NCBI GenBank assembly: GCA_045654405.1
Contig: JAZONH010000044.1
Span: 56,817 to 120,816, forward strand
Direction of reading: 5' to 3'
DNA length: 64,000 nt
Source of the DNA: Acutalibacteraceae bacterium
GTDB lineage: Bacteria; Bacillota; Clostridia; Oscillospirales; Acutalibacteraceae
Position numbers and translations under genes: made by a program. This document shows, piece after piece, positions 9,729 through 20,436 of the stretch. The stretch's first letter is position 1. Every line of letters starts with the position of its first letter. The notes beneath the pieces were generated by a model, which saw nothing but the letters and a program-made list of their open reading frames with translations, did not search any database and was not told where the DNA came from.

Positions 9729-11216
9729 TTATTTAATAGCTTCCCAGATGTATTTGAAAATCTCAAGTGAAGCGATGAATCTTACGATAGTATCGGGTAT
9801 GATGCTTGCAAGCCAACCAAAATCGCTTGCATTTTCCTTGTTTTCGTGCTCGGGTGCGCCCTCATAATCAAGGAGCATAGCCTGAGTATAAACAATACCG
9901 CCTTCACCGAAAACCTCGGCTCTTACGTATGCGCCAACCTCGCCTGAGTAATCGTCAAGGTCGATTTCGTCGCCGTAAGCAATTGTTTTACCGTTTGAAA
10001 TCCAACGGATGCAAAGGTCGCCGTCAACGTCAAGCTTAATTGTATCTGCAGTATCATCAACAACGATTTCGCTGATAACGGGTGCTTCAACGTCAAGGGG
10101 AGCCTCGTATTTTGCGTTGTAATCCTCTGCCTGTCTTGCAAGGATGTCTGCACCGATAGCGGCTGCAGCGTCATCGCCGTTTTCAAGAAGGTACAATGCA
10201 ATTTCGTTAAGCTCTTCGTGGTTACCGATATACTTACTTGCAGCAAAGTACTCGCCGTTTTTCATGCTGTTGTAAAGATTATCAACTGTGTTTTCGGGCA
10301 TAAGCATTAATGTGTAGCCTGTATATGCAGCAGTTGTTCTGTGAGCGTCACTTGTTGCAATTGCGAAAACGTTTCTGTCAGCAGGAGCAAGGTCCATAAG
10401 CATAATGTCCCAAAGCTTTCTGTCGAAGCGTGTTCTTGAGTCGCCCTTTGAGTTAATGTCGATACCTAAGCATGAGGGATATTTGAGAAGAAGGCTTTCA
10501 AATTTGTCGATGTAGTATGAATAGCTTTCATCATAAGCGTCTGCAGTATAGTCCTCATCACGTGCGTTTGTGTACTCACCGGGATGGTTGATAACTGAAA
10601 GACCGCCAAGCTCGTCAACAGCCTTGATGGGTGTTTCATAATCGCTTGTACCACCAACGATACCGTGACCGTAGTCAACGAACCATGAGTTAACGTGAGC
10701 ATTGTTAAGTGATGTGGGGTTGTTCTCGATAGCGTAGGGAACACGGAGCATCTTCTGACCGGTTGTACCATCCTCGTATGTCTGGTAGTAATAGTCACCG
10801 CCGTTTTCGGTAACGATATCGTATCTGTTACCGTCAAAGGTCAATCCGCCGCCCTCTTCAAGAGCAACTAACTGTCTTGTACCATCAGCAATACCAAGGA
10901 ATACCTGAATAGCAGGAATAACCTGCTGCTCTGTCCAGCTGTAGCTTACAGTACCGTGGTCTGAAACTGCATAAATATCAAAACCGTAATCATAGTTGGT
11001 TTCGATCATATTTTTAAGAGTGTCGTCACCGTCGGATGCTGTTGTGTGGGTGTGAAGATCAGCCTTATACTGATTCCATGACCAATCAACATTAGCATAG
11101 GGGTTAGTAATTTTGTAATCAACATCGGTCTTTGCGGCAAAGCCAACAACGCCGAATGCACCTGAAAGAATAGCAACAACACAAAGGATTGCTATAAACT
11201 TCTTGGTTTTTCTCAT
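9729..11216 (-). CDS. Secreted PHP-domain (polymerase/histidinol-phosphatase-like) metal-dependent hydrolase
   Basis: Start at the ATG at 11216 after AAAGGTGGA. Signal peptide MRKTKKFIAILCVVAILSGAFGVVGFAA. PHP motif ADLHTHTTASDGDD. Confidence 0.6.
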   Translation of the reverse strand: MRKTKKFIAILCVVAILSGAFGVVGFAAKTDVDYKITNPYANVDWSWNQYKADLHTHTTASDGDDTLKNMIETNYDYGFDIYAVSDHGTVSYSWTEQQVIPAIQVFLGIADGTRQLVALEEGGGLTFDGNRYDIVTENGGDYYYQTYEDGTTGQKMLRVPYAIENNPTSLNNAHVNSWFVDYGHGIVGGTSDYETPIKAVDELGGLSVINHPGEYTNARDEDYTADAYDESYSYYIDKFESLLLKYPSCLGIDINSKGDSRTRFDRKLWDIMLMDLAPADRNVFAIATSDAHRTTAAYTGYTLMLMPENTVDNLYNSMKNGEYFAASKYIGNHEELNEIALYLLENGDDAAAAIGADILARQAEDYNAKYEAPLDVEAPVISEIVVDDTADTIKLDVDGDLCIRWISNGKTIAYGDEIDLDDYSGEVGAYVRAEVFGEGGIVYTQAMLLDYEGAPEHENKENASDFGWLASIIPDTIVRFIASLEIFKYIWEAIK

Positions 11217-11339
11217 AGAAAATCCACCTTTCTGAAACGCAAAATATATATTGCATTGATACATAATACATTTTAATACAATTACCATGTTTTTTCAATT
11301 AACAAGTTGAATAAAAAAACAACCCTAAATATGTACAAA

Positions 11340-11376
11340 ATAAAGAAAGCCCGCAGTCTCGGGACTGCGGGCTTTT
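11340..11376. terminator. Bidirectional hairpin terminator
   Basis: GCCCGCAGTC-TCGG-GACTGCGGGC flanked by A- and T-runs, just downstream of the 575-aa gene. Confidence 0.8.
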
Positions 11377-11391
11377 AAGTATTTTTATTGA

Positions 11392-13119
11392 TTATGCATC
11401 AACAGTAGCGAGGATATCCATAAACTCGCTTACGAATGTTGAACCTGCAGTATAGCTGATAACGTTAATTTCTTCGTTTTCGCTGAGAAGTGAATGATAT
11501 TCGTTATCTCTGAGCACATAGCCTGCCTGGTCGTTACAAAGACCTGCAACCATAATGTACTCGCAGTTTGTGCAGTCTGCAAGCGCGGGTAATTCCCATT
11601 CGCCCTTACCCCAGGAAGCATCGCCTGATGCGGGGCCGCCGAAGATGAGCATAGGATCAAACTCACCGGGGCAAAGGAACATACCAACCTTGTTGCCAAG
11701 CTCCATGTAACCGATTTCGGTAATCATCTTGTATCCTTCGCCGTTTTTAACGATGATTGCGTTAAGAACGTCTTCACGTGCTGCAAGTGTAAGGATACCG
11801 TTATCTGCGTCAAGAGCAACCTCCTGCATAATAACGTTAAGCACGGGATCAAGAGCTTCCTCTTCGTCAATAGCCATAACCTTCTTAGCAAGGATATAGC
11901 CATATTCCTTCATATCCTCGATGCCTGTTCTGCCTTCGTAATCGTGGAGCTTATACCAAAGGTCTGCAGCCTCAGCAATTGTCTTAGCTGTAACAGCTTC
12001 AACACAACCGTTGGGACAAGAAATTGTAACGTCGCCTGCATGCTCAACGTTTGCAATTTCGCCGCATTCTGAACAAAGAACAATATTTCTTGAAGTGATA
12101 GCAAGCTCTGCACCCTGAATGAATACAACGTTTGCGCCTACCTCTTCACGGATAGTCTTTTCGATGTAGTAGGGATAGTCAGCAGTAAGCTCGTCGGGAC
12201 CTGCACCGATACTTGTACAGTGGATAGCTGCCTCAAGAATCCATGTTTCGGTTGAGCCGTCCTCGGGAACGAAGCGGAGTCTCTGGATTTCGGGATCGAT
12301 TGTCTGAGGATCACGCTTATCCTTAATGTAATCTGAAATATCAGCTGCACCGTAGTAAAGGTCGCCCGCCTTCATATTAACAACCGCACGCTTCATAGCA
12401 TAAACAGTTTTTGTGAAAAGATTTTCCATAAACTGCTGATTCTTCTGAACCTTCATATCGTCAAGAAGACCGCCAACTGCAGCGTTACCTGTGTTTGTAA
12501 TAAGAGCCTGTGCAAGGGGAACGTTCATACCAAGTGTATCGATACAAGAGTGCTGATGAAGAACTGAAACGTTGATTGAGATAACGTTATATTTCTCTGC
12601 AAATTCAGCCATTCTTGAACGGATTTCCATAACGTCGCCACGTGAAAGACCAAAGCCGTCGATAACTGCGTGAACAAAAACGCCGTTGCCGTCGCTGATA
12701 GCGTAAACGCGTACACGCTGGTCGTCAAGAACCTTTGTGGGAACACGGCCTGCTATGGGCTCAAGTGAGCCTGCAAGGAAGTAGTCGCCATCCTTGGGGT
12801 CAATACCCTCAAGAAGTGATGCGCCTGCATAGCCAAGCTTCCACTGAGCATCCTCGGCTACCTCACGGTCAAATTCCTCTTCGCCCTTGTAGAAAGCCTC
12901 GGGCTCGTAATTTTCAACATCGCTCCATTTATCCTCATAGCCGGGCCAATACTTATTGAGATAAGTAAGGATAAACGACATAAGCTTTTCAATTACCATT
13001 TCAAAAACGTTTTCAACACTTGTCTCGGGGAGCTGGATATCCGCCGCACCGGCAGGCACCGCAAATGCTGAAAAAACAAGGATGAGAGACAGTACAACTG
13101 CCAATACCTTTTTAGACAT
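11392..13119 (-). CDS. Secreted protein, possibly with a neutral/alkaline ceramidase-like fold
   Basis: Signal peptide MSKKVLAVVLSLILVFSAFAVPAGA. The segment RVRVYAISDGNGVFVHAVIDGFGL...SVLHQHSCIDTLG resembles the ceramidase N-domain pattern by eye only. There is an internal CxxC...CxxxC insert. Confidence 0.4.
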   Translation of the reverse strand: MSKKVLAVVLSLILVFSAFAVPAGAADIQLPETSVENVFEMVIEKLMSFILTYLNKYWPGYEDKWSDVENYEPEAFYKGEEEFDREVAEDAQWKLGYAGASLLEGIDPKDGDYFLAGSLEPIAGRVPTKVLDDQRVRVYAISDGNGVFVHAVIDGFGLSRGDVMEIRSRMAEFAEKYNVISINVSVLHQHSCIDTLGMNVPLAQALITNTGNAAVGGLLDDMKVQKNQQFMENLFTKTVYAMKRAVVNMKAGDLYYGAADISDYIKDKRDPQTIDPEIQRLRFVPEDGSTETWILEAAIHCTSIGAGPDELTADYPYYIEKTIREEVGANVVFIQGAELAITSRNIVLCSECGEIANVEHAGDVTISCPNGCVEAVTAKTIAEAADLWYKLHDYEGRTGIEDMKEYGYILAKKVMAIDEEEALDPVLNVIMQEVALDADNGILTLAAREDVLNAIIVKNGEGYKMITEIGYMELGNKVGMFLCPGEFDPMLIFGGPASGDASWGKGEWELPALADCTNCEYIMVAGLCNDQAGYVLRDNEYHSLLSENEEINVISYTAGSTFVSEFMDILATVDA

Positions 13120-13346
13120 AGGGATTCCTCCTTTTAATTATACAGTGTAATTATATATCCTTTCTTTTAAATAATCAACATCAATTTATCCGGGTTGCTT
13201 TTCTTTGGTATTATTGACCAATTATCCGTATTTAATTTTGTTTATGTTGCTTGACCAAAAGCCATTAAACCTCTCTTATTCTCTTTAAAATTTCGCCCCT
13301 CCCCCATCCGCCGGGCATATATACTTATGATTTTTTAAAATTTGTA

Positions 13347-13375
13347 TTGAAAAAACGTTTATATGAATGTATAAT
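13347..13375 (+). promoter_or_regulatory. SigA-type promoter for the dCMP deaminase/fba genes
   Basis: TTGAAA (13347-13352), 17-nt spacer, TATAAT (13370-13375). Confidence 0.5.
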
Positions 13376-13430
13376 GTAAAAGGCTATGGTTGTTTTTTGA
13401 CACCAATTTTACAAGCAGGGGGTTTTCGGA

Positions 13431-13931
13431 ATGGCTAAACGAGAGGGCTACATATCCTGGGACGAGTTTTTTATGGGCGCAGCTATGCTTTGCGCTAAAA
13501 GAAGCAAGGACCCTAACACTCAGGTTGGTGCCTGTATTGTCAACAATGAAAACAGAATTTTATCCGTAGGTTACAACGGCTTCCCCTCAGGCTGTGACGA
13601 TGATTGCTTCCCCTGGGAACGCAGTGCCGACGATTCTTATGACACAAAATATCCTTACGTCTGCCACGCAGAGCTTAACGCAATTCTTAACTGCCGAGGC
13701 AGAAGCCTTGCAGGCAGCCGTATTTACGTAGCTCTTTTCCCCTGCAACGAATGTGCAAAGGCAATTATTCAGAGCGGCATTACCGAGGTTATTTACCTTT
13801 CAGACAAATATGCCGACACCTCTTCCACCAGAGCCTCAAAGCGTATGTTTGACGCGGCAGGTGTTAAATACACACACCTTGTTCCTGAAAGCAAGGAAAT
13901 CGTGCTCGATTTAAGGGAAGAAAACGTATAA
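13431..13931 (+). CDS. comEB: Deoxycytidylate (dCMP) deaminase
   Basis: 166 aa. Zinc-binding CDA motifs CHAELNAI and PCNECAKAI. Confidence 0.85.
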   Translation: MAKREGYISWDEFFMGAAMLCAKRSKDPNTQVGACIVNNENRILSVGYNGFPSGCDDDCFPWERSADDSYDTKYPYVCHAELNAILNCRGRSLAGSRIYVALFPCNECAKAIIQSGITEVIYLSDKYADTSSTRASKRMFDAAGVKYTHLVPESKEIVLDLREENV

Positions 13932-13970
13932 TAGTTTATAAAAAAATTAAAATAAATAGGAGTGTTTTAA

Positions 13971-14837
13971 ATGCCTTTAGTAAACGCAAAAGACATGCTC
14001 ACAAAAGCAAAAGCAGGCCACTACGCAGTTGGTCAGTTCAACATCAACAACCTTGAATGGACAAAGTGCATCCTTCTTACTGCACAAGAAATGAATGCAC
14101 CCGTTATCCTTGGTGTTTCTGAGGGTGCCGGTAAGTATATGTGCGGCTTCAAGACTGTTGCTGATATGGTTAAAGCAATGATCGAAGACCTTAAGATCAC
14201 TGTTCCCGTTGCACTTCACCTTGACCACGGCTCATACGACGGTGCAAAGGCTTGTATCGAAGCAGGCTTCTCATCAATCATGTTCGACGGTTCACACTAC
14301 TCAATCGACGAAAACATCGCAAAAACAAAAGAGCTCGTTGCTACTTGCGAAGAGTTAGGCCTTTCTCTTGAAGCAGAGGTTGGCTCAATCGGCGGCGAAG
14401 AAGATGGCGTTATCGGTGCAGGCGAATGTGCTGACCCCGACGAATGCAAAATGATCGCTGACCTTGGCGTTACAATGCTTGCAGCAGGTATTGGTAACAT
14501 CCACGGTAAATATCCCGAAAACTGGGCAGGTCTTTCATTCGACACACTTGCAGCTATCCAGGAAAAGACAGGCGCAATGCCCCTCGTTCTTCACGGTGGT
14601 ACAGGTATCCCCGCTGATATGATCAAAAAGGCTATCGACCTTGGTGTTAGCAAGATCAACGTTAACACAGAGTGCCAGCTTGCATTCCAGGAAGCAACAA
14701 GAAAGTACATCGAAGCAGGCAAGGACCTCGAAGGCAAGGGCTTCGATCCCAGAAAGCTTCTTGCTCCCGGTTGCGAAGCAATTAAAGAAACTGTTCGTGA
14801 AAAAATCGAACTTTTCGGCTCAAAAGACAAAGCTTAA
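13971..14837 (+). CDS. fba: Class II fructose-1,6-bisphosphate aldolase
   Basis: 288 aa. YAVGQFNINN, LHLDHG and HGGTGIP motifs of class II FBA. Confidence 0.95.
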   Translation: MPLVNAKDMLTKAKAGHYAVGQFNINNLEWTKCILLTAQEMNAPVILGVSEGAGKYMCGFKTVADMVKAMIEDLKITVPVALHLDHGSYDGAKACIEAGFSSIMFDGSHYSIDENIAKTKELVATCEELGLSLEAEVGSIGGEEDGVIGAGECADPDECKMIADLGVTMLAAGIGNIHGKYPENWAGLSFDTLAAIQEKTGAMPLVLHGGTGIPADMIKKAIDLGVSKINVNTECQLAFQEATRKYIEAGKDLEGKGFDPRKLLAPGCEAIKETVREKIELFGSKDKA

Positions 14838-14848
14838 TTACGAAAAAA

Positions 14849-14880
14849 GAGCCGTACCCTGTGTGGTACGGCTCAATTTA
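14849..14880 (+). terminator. Hairpin terminator after fba
   Basis: GAGCCGTACC-CTGTGT-GGTACGGCTC. The T-tail is weak. Confidence 0.55.
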
Positions 14881-14900
14881 TCAACAGGAGTTCTTTGATT

Positions 14901-15524
14901 ATGGCTAAAAACAAAAAAGCTGTGCTTTTAATTGTAGCTTTTATATGCCTTATTATAGTGGCAACCGTCATGGTGTTGCTGTTAACGCCCTTTGGCAAGC
15001 AGCTTCTGGGCTTCGGCAAAAACGGTGAGCCCATGGGCGAAACCACAACCGAAAGTGTTGTTGAAACAATCGCAACCTCAAGGGAAACCCTTTTATCCCC
15101 CGAGGAAATACCCTCTGTTTCCATACCCGAGCCCACCTCACCTGAGCCTGACGCCGACAAAAACTACACCTTTTTTGTAGATGAAAAGGTCTTCGACCGA
15201 ACTCAGACAAACGGAGCTACAACACTCACGGCAAAGGAAAACAGAAACGTTGTAGTCACTGTTACTCCTTATAAAACGGTAAGCTATGCCGAGCTTTGCA
15301 CAACCACTGCAAAGCTTCACGATGGTGCCGACGACCAGCCCGCGCTTAACACAGATAATCTGTATGCGGTTTACCACTCTGAAACGAATGGCACGGTAAC
15401 CACCGTTTATTGCATAGACGATGGCATCGGGGGAAGCATAAAGCTGAAGCTTGAACGCCCCGCAGGTGCAACGGAATACGACAAGCACTTTGAAATTCTG
15501 GTTTCAATGTTTAAGGTTAAATAA
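14901..15524 (+). CDS. Membrane-anchored hypothetical protein
   Basis: The ATG at 14901 lies 10 nt after CAGGAG. The track start at 14895 is a TTG too close to the RBS. One N-terminal TM (AVLLIVAFICLIIVATVMVLLL). Confidence 0.6.
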   Translation: MAKNKKAVLLIVAFICLIIVATVMVLLLTPFGKQLLGFGKNGEPMGETTTESVVETIATSRETLLSPEEIPSVSIPEPTSPEPDADKNYTFFVDEKVFDRTQTNGATTLTAKENRNVVVTVTPYKTVSYAELCTTTAKLHDGADDQPALNTDNLYAVYHSETNGTVTTVYCIDDGIGGSIKLKLERPAGATEYDKHFEILVSMFKVK

Positions 15525-15527
15525 CTA

Positions 15528-15563
15528 AAATCCCTCCCACACATCAGTATGCGGGAGGGATTT
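15528..15563. terminator. Bidirectional terminator between convergent genes
   Basis: AAATCCCTCCC (15528-15538) pairs with GGGAGGGATTT (15553-15563). Confidence 0.75.
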
Positions 15564-15565
15564 GC

Positions 15566-16402
15566 TTATTTCATTCTCATTGAAATATCAAAGGCTATTA
15601 CGGAATGGGTAAGGGCACCGATTGAAAGAATATCAACACCCAGCTGAGCCACACTCCTTAATCTTTCCTTTGTAAGGTTGCCCGAGGCTTCGAGTAACGC
15701 CTTACCGTCAACGATCTTTACAGCTTCTGCCATAGTTTCGTTTGACATATTGTCGAGCATTATAATATCTGCGCCTGCGGCAAGTGCCTCTTTCACCTCG
15801 TCGAGGGTACGAGTTTCAACCTCGATTTTTACGGTATGGCCGATTTTTTCACGAAGAGCCTTAACTGCGGGAGTAATGCCACCCTTTGCATCAATGTGGT
15901 TATCCTTAAGCATAGCGCAATCAGAAAGATTGTATCTGTGGTTTCTGCCACCACCGCAGGTAACCGCATATTTCTGCAATGAGCGAAGACCGGGAAGTGT
16001 CTTACGTGTGTCGGCAATTGTTGCAGGTGTGCCGATGGTTTCCTTTACGCATTCATTGGTGAGGGTTGCGATGCCGCTCATATGCTGAATGAGGTTAAGT
16101 GCTGTACGCTCGCCCTTTAAAAGCTTAACTGTTTTGCCCTTAAGTTCTGCAATAAGGTCGCCGTTTTTAATAACGTCACCGTCTTTTTTGTGAAGCACGC
16201 AGGTAAAGCTGTTATCAAGAAGCTGAAAAACACGCATTGCCGCGTCAATACCGCAAAGCACGCCCTCTGCCTTGGCAACAAACACTGCCTCGCTTACCTC
16301 ATTTTCATCAAGAAGATAGTCGGTGGCAACGTCTATATAGTTAATATCCTCTTTAATTGCATTTTTAATTAAATCATCAATGTAAAAATCAGGTAAAATC
16401 AT
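15566..16402 (-). CDS. nadC: Nicotinate-nucleotide diphosphorylase (carboxylating), quinolinate phosphoribosyltransferase
   Basis: 278 aa. TRKTLPGLR and GGGRNHR motifs. Overlaps nadB by 4 nt. Confidence 0.9.
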   Translation of the reverse strand: MILPDFYIDDLIKNAIKEDINYIDVATDYLLDENEVSEAVFVAKAEGVLCGIDAAMRVFQLLDNSFTCVLHKKDGDVIKNGDLIAELKGKTVKLLKGERTALNLIQHMSGIATLTNECVKETIGTPATIADTRKTLPGLRSLQKYAVTCGGGRNHRYNLSDCAMLKDNHIDAKGGITPAVKALREKIGHTVKIEVETRTLDEVKEALAAGADIIMLDNMSNETMAEAVKIVDGKALLEASGNLTKERLRSVAQLGVDILSIGALTHSVIAFDISMRMK

Positions 16403-17871
16403 CTGTCTACCTCCTTAAGAATTATATAGGCAACCGTTGCAAGGGAAAGTGCCTCGCAATAGTCCGCCGTAACGGCAAATTTACCGTTTTTAAGTCTGTT
16501 AAGTATGTTTTCAATTCGCTTTTTACCGGTGTGAATTGCGCCCTCGTCGGGAATTACGAAGTATGCACGCTGTAAAATATCGCGAATCTCTGTTCTTGTG
16601 CCCTTGGGAAGGGGCGCACCCGTTTTATCCGCGGGTTTTTCATCCGCAGGCACGGTAGCTTTATAAAATCCTGCTTTAATACAGTTTGTAATATCCTCGG
16701 CGGCCTTTCTACCGAAAACAAGCGCCTCTAAAAGGGAGTTACTTGCTAGGCGGTTTTTGCCGTGGACACCTGTGCAGGCACATTCACCCGCCGCATAAAG
16801 CCTGGGAAGAGTTGTACGTGCGTTAAGGTCAACCTCAATACCGCCCATAAGGTAGTGCTGACACGGGAAAACGGGTATAAGCTCCTTAGAAATATCCACA
16901 CCCTGCCTTAAGCAGCCCGCATAAATACCCGGGAAGCGGTGCTTTATAAATTCCTCGCCCTTGTAACGGATATCAAGATAGAAATTGTTACTGCCAAGAC
17001 GGCGGGATTCCATAATAACCGAGCGAGAAACCACGTCACGGGGTGCAAGCTCAAGACGCTGGTCGTACCTGTCCATAAAGCGTTCCTTGTGGCAGTTAAG
17101 AAGGTAAGCGCCCTCACCCCTTACTGCCTCGCTTATAAGGAATTGCTCACGGTTTGCACCGTTGAATGCAGTGGGGTGAAACTGCACGTAACTTAAGTTT
17201 TTAATAGCCGCACCCATTTCATAGGCAAAGCGGATGCCGTCGCCCGTTGCAACAGATGGGTTGGTGGTGTATTTATAAACTCTGCCGATACCGCCTGATG
17301 CCAAAAGGCAGTAATCCGCATAAACTGTTTTATGCTCGTCGGCACTCATTATGTCAATTTTAAAGCCGTTTTTAATACGGTTCATGGAGGTAACCATGGT
17401 TTCATCTGCAATAGTTACGTTAGGTAGCTTTTCAACGGCAAGCATCAGCTTATCTACCATTTCCTTGCCCGAGGTATCCTTGTGGTGAACAATTCGTCGG
17501 CGACAATGACCACCCTCGAGGGTTTTAACAAGCTCACCATTTTCGTATCGGTCGTATTCAACGCCGTACTCAATGGTTTTAAGCACGTCACCGGGGCCCT
17601 CCTCAACAAGCTGAGTTACGGCATCAAGGTCGTTTGCCCTACCACCCGCAATAAGGGTATCCTCAATATGGAGGGCATAGCTGTCATCCTCTAAATCAAG
17701 CACGCAGGCAACACCACCCTGAGCAAGGGAGCTGTTTGACTGATGCCTTTCTTTTTTAGAGAGCATCAGTATATCAACGTCCTCGGGGAAGTTAAGCGCC
17801 GCATAAAGACCCGCAAGACCGCTACCCACGATTACCACGGTATATTGTTTTTTAATTTCGGAAAGGTTCAT
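16399..17871 (-). CDS. nadB: L-aspartate oxidase
   Basis: 490 aa. FAD fold VVIVGSGLAGLYAA, plus HPTA and RLASNSLLE signatures. Confidence 0.9.
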   Translation of the reverse strand: MNLSEIKKQYTVVIVGSGLAGLYAALNFPEDVDILMLSKKERHQSNSSLAQGGVACVLDLEDDSYALHIEDTLIAGGRANDLDAVTQLVEEGPGDVLKTIEYGVEYDRYENGELVKTLEGGHCRRRIVHHKDTSGKEMVDKLMLAVEKLPNVTIADETMVTSMNRIKNGFKIDIMSADEHKTVYADYCLLASGGIGRVYKYTTNPSVATGDGIRFAYEMGAAIKNLSYVQFHPTAFNGANREQFLISEAVRGEGAYLLNCHKERFMDRYDQRLELAPRDVVSRSVIMESRRLGSNNFYLDIRYKGEEFIKHRFPGIYAGCLRQGVDISKELIPVFPCQHYLMGGIEVDLNARTTLPRLYAAGECACTGVHGKNRLASNSLLEALVFGRKAAEDITNCIKAGFYKATVPADEKPADKTGAPLPKGTRTEIRDILQRAYFVIPDEGAIHTGKKRIENILNRLKNGKFAVTADYCEALSLATVAYIILKEVDR

Positions 17872-17875
17872 TTTA

Positions 17876-18793
17876 TTACCCCAATTCCAACATACGGTTT
17901 ATGCTCACAAGAGCATTTTTTCTTAAATCCTCGGGAAGCTCGATTTTCTCGCCCGCTTCACCGATGATTGCCTTATAAACGTCATCCAATGATATTTTTT
18001 TCATATCCTCACAGCAGAGCTTTTCGGGTGCAAGCTGTATAAATCTTTCACCATTCGGCTCGTTAATCGCAAGGTAGTCAACCACGCCACGCTCGGTACC
18101 GATAATAACCTTACCCACCTGAGCCTTTGCGTAATTTATAATCTCACTTGTAGCTCCCACCATATCCGCAAGCTCCACAACCTCAGCAGGGGATTCGGGA
18201 TGCACCGCAAAAACAGCGTCGGGATGCTTTTTTTTACACTCTAGCACATCCTCCTTGGTAAGCTGAGCGTGTACAGGACAGTAGCCGTCCCAAAGAACAA
18301 TATTTTTATCAGGCAACTTCTCTTTAACAAATGAGCCAAGATGCTGATCGGGAATAAAAAGAATTTCGGGGGCATCAATTTTGCTCACGATTTTAATAGC
18401 GGACGAGCTTGTAACGCAAACGTCACACTCTGCCTTTAATGCGGCGGTAGTGTTAATGTATGCCACAACCTGTGCATCGGGGTTTTCTGCCTTGTATTTA
18501 CGCACACGCTCGGGTAAAATCTGCTCTGCCATGGGGCAGGTTGCCGAGGGCACTGGTAGAATTGTTTCGGTTTCGGGTGAAAGGATTTTAACGCTTTCTG
18601 CCATAAAACGAACTCCGCACATTACAACCCTTTTTGCTTTAATTTCCGCCGCTTTTTTGCTTAAGAAAAAGCTATCGCCGGTAATATCCGCAATATCAAT
18701 TATATCGGGCTCCTGATAGGTGTGCGCAAGAATAACGGTACCTGTTTTCTCCTTGGCTTCAATAATTTTGTTTTTGAGCTCAAAATTTCCCAT
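17876..18793 (-). CDS. nadA: Quinolinate synthase
   Basis: 305 aa. Typical NadA segments (ILAHTYQ, VRFMAES, CPMA). First gene of a nadABC operon. Confidence 0.9.
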   Translation of the reverse strand: MGNFELKNKIIEAKEKTGTVILAHTYQEPDIIDIADITGDSFFLSKKAAEIKAKRVVMCGVRFMAESVKILSPETETILPVPSATCPMAEQILPERVRKYKAENPDAQVVAYINTTAALKAECDVCVTSSSAIKIVSKIDAPEILFIPDQHLGSFVKEKLPDKNIVLWDGYCPVHAQLTKEDVLECKKKHPDAVFAVHPESPAEVVELADMVGATSEIINYAKAQVGKVIIGTERGVVDYLAINEPNGERFIQLAPEKLCCEDMKKISLDDVYKAIIGEAGEKIELPEDLRKNALVSINRMLELG

Positions 18794-19009
18794 AAAAACA
18801 CCCTCTTATATTAACTCATAGTAATTATATCATTATTTTTGCTTAACGCAATATTAAAAATTCAAAAATACTGTACCAAAAACGAATATTTATGGTTATT
18901 TATCCAAAGTTTATTATAAATAAAACAACTTGCATCATTTTTATTGAAATAAATTTTGTTTTATTGTATCATTATAGTGATTTTAGTACTTTAATAAGGG
19001 GGACTTAAA

Positions 19010-20263
19010 ATGAACGCATATCTTGAACAAGATTTTGAACTTCTTAAATCCTACGACCCTGAGCTTTTCGAAGCTTTTGAAAAGGAGCAGGTTCGCCAGA
19101 GCAGAAATATTGAGCTTATCGCAAGCGAAAACTACGCTTCTGCAGCAGTTATGGCAGCAAGCGGTAGCATCCTTACAAACAAATACGCTGAGGGCTACCC
19201 CTCACGCAGATATTACGGCGGTTGCGAATACGTTGACATTGCCGAAAGCCTTGCTATCGAAAGAGCAAAGAAGCTTTTTGGCTGTGAATACGCTAACGTT
19301 CAGCCCCACTCAGGCTCACAGGCTAACTTTGCAGTATATTTTGCACTCCTTCAGCCCGGCGACACAGTTCTCGGCATGAGCCTTGCAGATGGTGGTCACC
19401 TTACCCACGGCTCACCCGTTAACGTAAGTGGTTCATACTTCAACTTTGAAAGCTACGGCGTTGACGAAAAGGGCTTCCTTGACTATGACGCCCTTGAAAA
19501 GAAGGCTGTTGAATGCAAGCCCAAGCTTATTGTTGCAGGTGCTTCTGCATACCCCAGAACAATCGACTTCGCTAAAATCCGCGAAATCGCAGATAAAGTT
19601 GGCGCATTGTTTATGGTTGATATGGCTCACATTGCGGGTCTTATCGCTGCAGACAGACATCCCTCACCCATCCCCCATGCACACGTTGTAACCTCTACAA
19701 CTCATAAAACCCTTCGTGGTCCCCGTGGCGGTCTTATCCTTACAAATGACGAGGAAATTGCTAAAAAGGTTAACAAGGCAATCTTCCCCGGTATTCAGGG
19801 TGGTCCCCTTATGCACATTATCGCCGCTAAGGCAATCTGCTTCGGCGAAGCACTTAAGCCCGAATTCAAGGACTACGGCAAAAAGGTTATTTCAAACTGT
19901 AAGGCACTTGAAAATGCCCTTGCAGCACAGGGTGTTGATATGGTTTCAGGCGGCTCTGACAACCACCTTCTTCTCCTTGACCTCAGAAGCCTTGGCATCA
20001 CAGGTAAGGAGCTTGAAAGACGCCTTGACGAGGTTTATATCACAGTTAACAAGAACGCTATCCCCAACGACCCCGAAAAGCCCTTCGTTACAAGCGGTGT
20101 AAGAATCGGTACTGCCGCCGTTACATCAAGAGGCTTCGAGGCTCAGGATATGATTGATATTGCCGAGTTCATCAAGCTTGCCGCAACAGATTTTGAAAAC
20201 AGCGCTGATTACATCAGAGAGCGTGTTACAAAAATCTGCGACAAATATCCCCTTTACAAATAA
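19010..20263 (+). CDS. glyA: Serine hydroxymethyltransferase
   Basis: 417 aa. IELIASENY and the PLP-lysine region [16 protein letters not shown]. Confidence 0.95.
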   Translation: MNAYLEQDFELLKSYDPELFEAFEKEQVRQSRNIELIASENYASAAVMAASGSILTNKYAEGYPSRRYYGGCEYVDIAESLAIERAKKLFGCEYANVQPHSGSQANFAVYFALLQPGDTVLGMSLADGGHLTHGSPVNVSGSYFNFESYGVDEKGFLDYDALEKKAVECKPKLIVAGASAYPRTIDFAKIREIADKVGALFMVDMAHIAGLIAADRHPSPIPHAHVVTSTTHKTLRGPRGGLILTNDEEIAKKVNKAIFPGIQGGPLMHIIAAKAICFGEALKPEFKDYGKKVISNCKALENALAAQGVDMVSGGSDNHLLLLDLRSLGITGKELERRLDEVYITVNKNAIPNDPEKPFVTSGVRIGTAAVTSRGFEAQDMIDIAEFIKLAATDFENSADYIRERVTKICDKYPLYK

Positions 20264-20277
20264 ATTATAATTAAGCA

Positions 20278-20321
20278 ACACCCCGAGAAGTACACGTCTT
20301 CTTGGGGTGTTTTGTCATTTT
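20278..20321 (+). terminator. Rho-independent terminator after glyA
   Basis: ACACCCCGAGAAG-TACACGT-CTTCTTGGGGTGT followed by TTTTGTCATTTT. Confidence 0.85.
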
Positions 20322-20358
20322 GCCTATATTCTACCATTATTTTTTTACTTATAGTCAA

Positions 20359-20386
20359 TTGAAAAGCAAAATTTTTGTGATATACT
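20359..20386 (+). promoter_or_regulatory. Candidate SigA promoter for fucI
   Basis: TTGAAA (20359-20364), 16-nt spacer ending in TGA, TATACT (20381-20386). Confidence 0.4.
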
Positions 20387-20436
20387 ATTAAATGAAGAAT
20401 TTTGTACACCCGTACAAATGAAAGGATGATAAAACT

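Noticed and set aside
18794-19009. ZTP (pfl-motif) riboswitch or T-box leader upstream of glyA, or a NiaR-type operator for nadABC in the divergent region
   Set aside because: The region is uniformly AT-rich, with no GC-rich pseudoknot or specifier/antiterminator elements. I cannot recall the NiaR motif precisely enough to call a site.
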